IMG/VR virus record: IMGVR_UViG_3300046167_000924
Span: 120,079-184,078 of that record
DNA: 64,000 bases
DNA from: a virus
Reading direction: 5' to 3' (one strand)
Numbering within the stretch: the stretch's first letter is position 1; each line of letters opens with the position of its first letter. This document shows, one piece after another, positions 57,939-64,000 of the stretch. A model generated the notes under the pieces. The model was not told where the DNA came from. It saw only the letters and a list, made by a program, of their open reading frames with translations, and searched no databases. Both the position numbers and the translations under genes were made by a program.

Positions 57939-57960
57939 TTTTTTATTTTTTTATAAGTTA

Positions 57961-60900
57961 TTAATTCCACTCAGATAGTACTAATCTTCTCCATGTATTG
58001 TTACTTACACAAACGTACAAGTAATTAGAATCATAAATTAGATCTCCTGGATCACCACTTGATGTAGGCGAGGCTGGAGCTGAAGAGTCCCATGCAACCA
58101 TAGCAGAAGATAGACTAGAAATGTCTGTGTCTAAATCTGTATCTTTAGCAGCCAAACTTGAAGCCTCCGTTGAAGTTGCTGTATTTATATAGAGATTAGA
58201 GACTGCAGTATCTGTACTAGCAGATAGACTAGAAATGTCTACATCTAAATCTGTGTCCTTAGCGGCCAAACTTGAAACTTCTGTCGAATCAGTTGAGCTT
58301 GCAGCGAGACTAGAAATGTCTGTATCTAAATCTGTGTCCTTAGCGGCCAAACTTGAAACTTCTGTCGAATCAGTTGAGCTTGCAGCGAGACTAGAAATGT
58401 CTGTATCTAAATCTGTGTCCTTAGCGGCCAAACTTGAAACTTCTGTCGAATCAGTTGAGCTTGCAGCGAGACTAGAAATGTCTGTATCTAAATCTGTGTC
58501 CTTAGCGGCCAAACTTGAAACTTCTGTCGAATCAGTTGAGCTTGCAGCGAGACTAGAAATGTCTACATCTAAATCTGTGTCCTTAGCGGCGAGGCTTGAA
58601 ACGTCAGTCGAATCTGTTGAGCTTGCAGCGAGACTAGAAATGTCTACATCTAAATCTGTGTCCTTAGCGGCGAGACTTGAAACATCAGTCGAATCTGTTG
58701 TGCTTGCGGCGAGACTAGAAATGTCTGTATCTAAATCTGAATCCTTGGCGGCGAGACTTGAAACTTCTGCAGAATCTGTTGTGTTTGCAGCTAAACTAGA
58801 AATGTCTGTATCTAAACCTGCGTCTTTTGCAGCCAAACTTGAAACTTCTGTCGAATCAGTTGTGCTTGCAGCGAGACTAGAGATATCATCAACAAAACCA
58901 AAATCCTTAGCGGCCAAACTGGAAATATTACTGTCAAAAATTTCATCTGTAGCAACTGTTACAAACGAATCATCTGCAGAAGAAGCGATGACATCTAATC
59001 TATAATCATTACTTGTAACAGGTCCAGAGAATACAAATGTAGCAGAGCCTGTTGAGGCGACACCACTTAAATTGGCGGCGATTATCGGGTCTCCAGCATT
59101 AGAGCTTCTCAACATACCTATCACAGAAGGGGCGGTTGATGGCTGATAAACACTAGCCCAATCGACTTCGATACTTCTTGAATTTATCGTTACTTCTCTT
59201 GTTGTAGAAAGGATGTTGTTGGTGTTAGCTATATGAGATAAACTAGAAACATCTGTATCCAAGCTTATGTCCTTGGCTGTAAGACTAGATATCTCTATAT
59301 CTACGTTAGAATCATTCGCTACTAAACTCGAAATATCTGAATCGATACTTAAATCTTTAGCGGTCAAGCTAGAAACGTCTGTATCTAAACCAGCGTCCCT
59401 TGTAGCGAGACTAGAAACATCTACATCTAAAGAGTCATCTTTATCTCCCATGCTTGCGCTCAAGCTAGAGATATCTGTATCAATAACTCCGTCTTTAGCG
59501 GTCAAGCTAGAAACGTCTGTATCTAAATCACTATCTTTAGCGGCGAGGCTGGAAACATCAATATCAACATCACTATCTTTAGCGACAAGACTAGAGATGT
59601 CTATATCCAAACCAGCGTCCCTCGCGGTGAGGCTAGAAACATCTGTATCTAAGTCGGAATCTTTAGAAGCTAGACTTGAAATCTCTGTAGCAGAATCGCT
59701 ATTTTGTGAAGCGATACTGCCCGCAAGACTAGAAACGTCTGTATCTAAACTGGAATCTTTAGCAGTTAAGCTAGAAACATCTGTATCTAAATCATCATCC
59801 TTCGCGGCCAAACTCGAAACATCTACGTTGAATTCACTACTCAAACTTGAAATCGAAACGTCTATTGAATTGTCTTTGGCAGCCAAGCTAGAAACGTCTG
59901 TATCTAAATCACTATCTTTAGCAGCCAAACTGGAAACATCAACATCAACATTGCTGTCTTTAGCAACGAGGCTAGAGATGTCTGTATCTAAACCAGCATC
60001 TTTTGCGGCAAGACTAGAAACGTCTGTATCTAAAGAGTCATCTTTATCACCCATACTTGCGCTCAAGCTGGAGATATCTGTATCAATAACTCCGTCTTTA
60101 GCAGTCAAGCTTGAAACGTCTGTATCTAAACCGCTATCTCTAGCAGTTAAACTTGAAATGTCTGTAGCAGAATCGCTATTTTGAGAAACAATACTTTCAG
60201 CGAGACTAGAGACGTCTGTATCTAGATTAGCATCTTTTGCGGTAAGACTAGAAACATCTACATCTAAAGAGTCATCTTTATCGCCCATGCTTGCGCTCAA
60301 ACTGGAAATATCTGTATCAATAACTCCGTCTTTAGCGGTCAAGCTAGAAACGTCTGTATCTAAATCACTATCTTTAGCAGCCAAACTGGAAACATCAACA
60401 TCAACATTACTGTCTTTAGCAACGAGGCTAGAGATGTCTGTATCTAAACCAGCATCTTTTGCGGCAAGACTAGAAACGTCTGTATCTAAAGAGTCATCTT
60501 TATCACCCATACTTGCGCTCAAGCTAGAGATATCTGTATCAATAACTCCGTCTTTAGCAGTCAAGCTTGAAACGTCTGTATCTAAACCGCTATCTCTAGC
60601 AGTTAAACTTGAAATGTCTGTAGTAGAATCGCTATTTTGAGAAACAATACTTTCAGCGAGACTAGAGACGTCTGTATCTAGATTAGCATCTTTTGCGGTA
60701 AGACTAGAAACATCTACATCTAAAGAGTCATCTTTATCGCCCATGCTTGCGCTCAAACTGGAAATATCTGTATCAATAACTCCGTCTTTAGCGGTCAAGC
60801 TAGAAACGTCTGTATCTAAATCACTATCTTTAGCAGCTAAACTGGAAACATCAACATCAACATTACTGTCTTTAGCAACGAGGCTAGAGATGTCTGTATC

Positions 60901-61431
60901 TAAACCAGCATCTTTTGCAGCGAGACTAGAAACGTCTGTATCTAAAGAGTCATCTTTATCACCCATGCTTGCGCTCAAGCTAGAGATATCTGTATCAATA
61001 ACTCCGTCTTTAGCAGTCAAGCTTGAAACGTCTGTATCTAAACCGCTATCTCTAGCAGCTAAACTTGAAATGTCTGTGGTAGAATCACTATTTTGAGAAA
61101 AAATACTACTTGCGAGACTAGAAACATCTGTATCTAAAACAGAATCCTTAGCAGCCAAACTAGAAACGTCTACATCCAAGCTGCCATCTTTTACAGCTAA
61201 ACTGGAAACGTCTACATCAAGAGTGGCGTCTCTTACTGCTAAACTTGAAATATCTACATCTAAATTTCCATCCTTAAATGCTAAGCTAGAAAAATCGCCA
61301 CTAATAGAGTCGCGACTAATAATTGTTTCTCCGTTCGTACCCTTGAACGCAAAATTGTTGGCTGTATCAGAAGTCAAGAGGATATTGCCCCCGTTGACCG
61401 ATAACTGTTCTGTTCTAAATATTTTACTCAT
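57961..61431 (-). CDS. Acidic DxSSL-repeat coiled-coil fibre protein B
   Basis: 1156 aa. N-terminus paralogous to protein A (MSKIFRTEQLSVNGGNILL), then 14/18-aa repeats, an internal lectin-like domain, 27-aa repeats and terminal 'GDPGDLIYDSNYLYVCVSNNTWRR'. Confidence 0.78.
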   Translation of the reverse strand: MSKIFRTEQLSVNGGNILLTSDTANNFAFKGTNGETIISRDSISGDFSSLAFKDGNLDVDISSLAVRDATLDVDVSSLAVKDGSLDVDVSSLAAKDSVLDTDVSSLASSIFSQNSDSTTDISSLAARDSGLDTDVSSLTAKDGVIDTDISSLSASMGDKDDSLDTDVSSLAAKDAGLDTDISSLVAKDSNVDVDVSSLAAKDSDLDTDVSSLTAKDGVIDTDISSLSASMGDKDDSLDVDVSSLTAKDANLDTDVSSLAESIVSQNSDSTTDISSLTARDSGLDTDVSSLTAKDGVIDTDISSLSASMGDKDDSLDTDVSSLAAKDAGLDTDISSLVAKDSNVDVDVSSLAAKDSDLDTDVSSLTAKDGVIDTDISSLSASMGDKDDSLDVDVSSLTAKDANLDTDVSSLAESIVSQNSDSATDISSLTARDSGLDTDVSSLTAKDGVIDTDISSLSASMGDKDDSLDTDVSSLAAKDAGLDTDISSLVAKDSNVDVDVSSLAAKDSDLDTDVSSLAAKDNSIDVSISSLSSEFNVDVSSLAAKDDDLDTDVSSLTAKDSSLDTDVSSLAGSIASQNSDSATEISSLASKDSDLDTDVSSLTARDAGLDIDISSLVAKDSDVDIDVSSLAAKDSDLDTDVSSLTAKDGVIDTDISSLSASMGDKDDSLDVDVSSLATRDAGLDTDVSSLTAKDLSIDSDISSLVANDSNVDIEISSLTAKDISLDTDVSSLSHIANTNNILSTTREVTINSRSIEVDWASVYQPSTAPSVIGMLRSSNAGDPIIAANLSGVASTGSATFVFSGPVTSNDYRLDVIASSADDSFVTVATDEIFDSNISSLAAKDFGFVDDISSLAASTTDSTEVSSLAAKDAGLDTDISSLAANTTDSAEVSSLAAKDSDLDTDISSLAASTTDSTDVSSLAAKDTDLDVDISSLAASSTDSTDVSSLAAKDTDLDVDISSLAASSTDSTEVSSLAAKDTDLDTDISSLAASSTDSTEVSSLAAKDTDLDTDISSLAASSTDSTEVSSLAAKDTDLDTDISSLAASSTDSTEVSSLAAKDTDLDVDISSLSASTDTAVSNLYINTATSTEASSLAAKDTDLDTDISSLSSAMVAWDSSAPASPTSSGDPGDLIYDSNYLYVCVSNNTWRRLVLSEWN
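58130..58900. repeat. 81-bp tandem repeat (27 aa), about 8-9 copies
   Basis: agcggccaaacttgaaac recurs at 58261, 58342, 58423 and 58504; unit ISSLAASSTDSTEVSSLAAKDTDLD[TV]D. Confidence 0.9.
59885..61100. repeat. 456-bp tandem repeat, about 2.7 copies
   Basis: aagctagaaacgtctgtatctaaatcactatc at 59885, 60341 and 60797. Confidence 0.9.
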
Positions 61432-61501
61432 GAAAATATATACATTCTAAAACAATCAAATAGAACATTTAATTTAGCTCAAACCCTCTTGCATACAGGG
61501 A

Positions 61502-64000
61502 TTAAGCCGATAAAACTTTATTCCAATATCTAATAAATAAAACCTTTAAATCATGAGGGTACGCCATAAAATGAACAATAAATGTATCATCGTCTATCAT
61601 TCTTGGATCAGTATTAAACTTGTTCATCGGAAATATTTTCACGTTAAATAAAAACGGATCAGATTTCTTGATTATATTGCATAGAATTTCCTGATCACCA
61701 CCACTTGCATAAAGTGAGCTTTTATCTCCATCAAAATCCAACCACTTTTGTATCAAATTTACGGTATATTTATGATTCTTAAAAATTACTACCCCACTAT
61801 TAAACATAGAACCTTTTGGTAATTTTTTATTATTAGCTCCAATATCCTCGCAAGCAATGATTTTTTTATTTTCAGTGCACTTATTGATTATATCTTCAAA
61901 TTTATTTTCGGGATTATATATTAAAACATCCGAATCCATCCATACAATAGAATCATGATCCTGAATGTGATTCATTATTGCCTGAGCTTTTGACCAATTA
62001 CCGCTTGATGATTTATCTAAACTATTTCTATATACATGAAATGTATAATCATTTTTTAAACAATATTCTTTTATATCTTTTTCTGAATATTTTGCGTAAT
62101 CTTTTATTTCATCTGTATATAAAGAAACAATGCCAATTTTCTTTCCAGCGTTAAAGCAAGAATAATCTTCTAATTTTTCATCATCTTTAATTAAATTATC
62201 TGCCGCGAAATTCAAAAATGAATAACCAATAAAATCTTGCCACTTGTCTTTAATAGATAGCAATTGATTTTGTTTTGTAGATAATTGAGATTGAGTCTCA
62301 TTTTCTTTTAATTGGTAAGTCGCGCATTTTAAATTTATATCTTCTTGTATTTCATTTATATATCCCTGCTTAACACACTTAGCCCAAGCAGTATTCATAT
62401 AATCAATTGACCCATCAATACAAACAACAGTCTTATCGTGAGACATTGATTTACAATTAACCAAAGCAGATATAACTTCTATCTCAGTATCAACCTTATC
62501 TATAAAAATTAAATCAAATTTAAAATTATTATTATTTTGCGCAAATTCAAGAATAGTATTATTTGTATCTCCCGCGACCAAAGCGTGCCTTCCAGAAAAA
62601 TCTTTATCTAATTCTATTTTTTTACCAACAACAATATCGCTTTCGCAAGAATCAAAAGTTACAACAATAGAATCCTCATCTGATCCAAGTATAGATTTGA
62701 TAACAGAAACAGAATCGAACCCGACTTGCATGATTTTCAGGGAAGAATGTTTTTGCTTTACTTTTAATAAACTGTTATCTTTGTCATCTGTAGTAGATAT
62801 ATTAAATTTTTCATGAGTTTTCCGAGTATCAGCGTTCCAATGAACAACTCCAGAACCATTGTAAAATTCAGCCTTATCTTCCTCGAAAGATTCTATTGAA
62901 AAATCTTGATTTAAATTTCTGTAAAGAATATGATCGTTGGGGCCAGTTTCTCTATAAGTTTCTATGTTGGGATGAGATTTAAATTTGTCACGCATATCTT
63001 TAAAATATTCTGGATTTTCTCCGCGTTCTACAATTTTTCCAGAAACTACATCACTAACCCCATGCATATAAGAATAAACTGCAAGAAAAAATAAATTCTT
63101 GCCCTGTTTTCTGTATTCCAAGTTCTTCACTATACCGCTTGCCATAATTGGATTCCTTGGGCAAGTTAAAATAAAATCTTGAGAGAAGTCAATATCTTGA
63201 TATGTAGGCAAAACACATTTTGTTTTTTCGTTTATAATTTCAGATATCGGAGTATCAATATATCTATCGATATCAACATAAAGTCCACCCTCTTGATATG
63301 TTTTCATTAGTCGCCAAAGGTCTGTTTTTTCTGTAATTTTTTTATCTTTAATCAAATCCCAATTATCTTTCCCAATCGAATCTCTTAGTAGTCGATTTAT
63401 ATCTTCGTCATCATAAATCGCGATGTCCCAATCTGGATTCAATAACTCTAAATTTTTCGCTCCTTTTTTTATCAAAGAATAATCAGAATCTAGAACATTT
63501 TTATCACGCCACGATAAATGTATCTTTTTGGGAATTTCATTTGCATCGATTTTTTTTATAAATGGAAAGTCTTCGGCAACAGCATCCTGTGGATCGACGC
63601 ACTCCCCAATACAAGAAATTATAGAACTTTTTAATTTATTTAAATCAATATTATTACCACCGCAGTAAAGCTTATCTTCTACATCCTCGTGAATAGATTT
63701 TATATAAGAAATTTTCCTATCTTGACTTAATAAATAATCCCAATATTTAAAATCTCCATAATTTGTATTTTCATCGCAGGGAGGTATAGACTGTCCAGGA
63801 ATATTCAACCAAACATTAGGGATGTCAAAAGCGTCAGCACAAATCAATCCATGCAAAGAGCTTGATATGATTAAAGAGCAAGAGCAAATTTCATCAACAA
63901 CCCGTCCCCAATCATTAGTGGGGTTAATTAAATAAAACCTATCATCTTGGCCAATCTCAGATTGAATATAATCAACATTAGACATATGAGGAATAACTCC
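61502..64000 (-). CDS. Partial (5' end off window) multidomain glyco-enzyme: pyruvyltransferase + GT32 + methyltransferase-like + GT34
   Basis: Frame is open to the edge (GVIPH-MSNVDY). 'LIISSSLHGLICADAFDIP' (polysaccharide pyruvyltransferase); 'IPKKIHLSW..DLWRL..GGLYVDID' (GT32); 'MQVGFDS..VTFDS..FDLIFID' (MTase-like); 'WSKAQAI..IVWMDSD..FNSGVVIF..DQEIL..FIVHF' (GT34). Confidence 0.8.
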   Translation of the reverse strand, partial: GVIPHMSNVDYIQSEIGQDDRFYLINPTNDWGRVVDEICSCSLIISSSLHGLICADAFDIPNVWLNIPGQSIPPCDENTNYGDFKYWDYLLSQDRKISYIKSIHEDVEDKLYCGGNNIDLNKLKSSIISCIGECVDPQDAVAEDFPFIKKIDANEIPKKIHLSWRDKNVLDSDYSLIKKGAKNLELLNPDWDIAIYDDEDINRLLRDSIGKDNWDLIKDKKITEKTDLWRLMKTYQEGGLYVDIDRYIDTPISEIINEKTKCVLPTYQDIDFSQDFILTCPRNPIMASGIVKNLEYRKQGKNLFFLAVYSYMHGVSDVVSGKIVERGENPEYFKDMRDKFKSHPNIETYRETGPNDHILYRNLNQDFSIESFEEDKAEFYNGSGVVHWNADTRKTHEKFNISTTDDKDNSLLKVKQKHSSLKIMQVGFDSVSVIKSILGSDEDSIVVTFDSCESDIVVGKKIELDKDFSGRHALVAGDTNNTILEFAQNNNNFKFDLIFIDKVDTEIEVISALVNCKSMSHDKTVVCIDGSIDYMNTAWAKCVKQGYINEIQEDINLKCATYQLKENETQSQLSTKQNQLLSIKDKWQDFIGYSFLNFAADNLIKDDEKLEDYSCFNAGKKIGIVSLYTDEIKDYAKYSEKDIKEYCLKNDYTFHVYRNSLDKSSSGNWSKAQAIMNHIQDHDSIVWMDSDVLIYNPENKFEDIINKCTENKKIIACEDIGANNKKLPKGSMFNSGVVIFKNHKYTVNLIQKWLDFDGDKSSLYASGGDQEILCNIIKKSDPFLFNVKIFPMNKFNTDPRMIDDDTFIVHFMAYPHDLKVLFIRYWNKVLSA

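Noticed and set aside
58130-58900. CRISPR-like array
   Set aside because: The 81-bp units are contiguous, have no unique spacers and are in-frame coding repeats.
51366-61096. Long plus-strand ORFs (e.g. 51597-52049, 52509-53081, 58235-59005, 59267-60184) with LETSVS repeats
   Set aside because: Antisense shadows of the DxSSL repeats. They mirror the same period, break at the same repeat position and have no unique domains or expression signals.
51092-61431. Diversity-generating retroelement (TR/VR pair)
   Set aside because: No reverse transcriptase in the window, and differences between repeats are not adenine-specific.
1-64000. Alternative genetic code, tRNA or rRNA genes
   Set aside because: Very long ORFs under the standard code with TAA, TAG and TGA all used as stops; no cloverleaf or rRNA-like segment seen by eye (tRNAscan not run).

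Overview
This AT-rich window is 64 kb of a large tailed-phage (Caudoviricetes) genome in the standard genetic code; no host core genes are visible. Layout: (i) 1-1.9 kb, minus-strand neck/head-tail-joining candidates; (ii) 1.9-29.3 kb, plus-strand long-tail module with a 2243-aa tape measure, a lambda-like tail tip (gpM, gpL, gpK-JAB, gpI-gpJ fusion), a 2480-aa mosaic fibre and a small S74 chaperone protein; (iii) 29.3-42.7 kb, minus-strand cluster of 12 consecutive glycan synthesis/modification genes; (iv) 42.8-46 kb, dNMP kinase, sigma factor, SSB and another GT; (v) 46-61.4 kb, virion/fibre genes including three related Asp/Ser-rich 'DxSSL' repeat proteins, two S74-chaperoned fibres and a J-domain protein; (vi) a four-domain glyco-enzyme running off the right edge. 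Best leads: a PD-(D/E)xK nuclease-like cassette bracketed by 'G[HYF][IV]PN[FY]' repeats inside the tape measure; a modular acidic coiled-coil fibre family with lectin-like tips next to a large glycosylation toolkit; and a GTGTAW late-promoter candidate at a fixed 14 nt from start codons. Several single-base indels look like sequencing errors. All functional calls come from motif recognition by eye; no searches were run.
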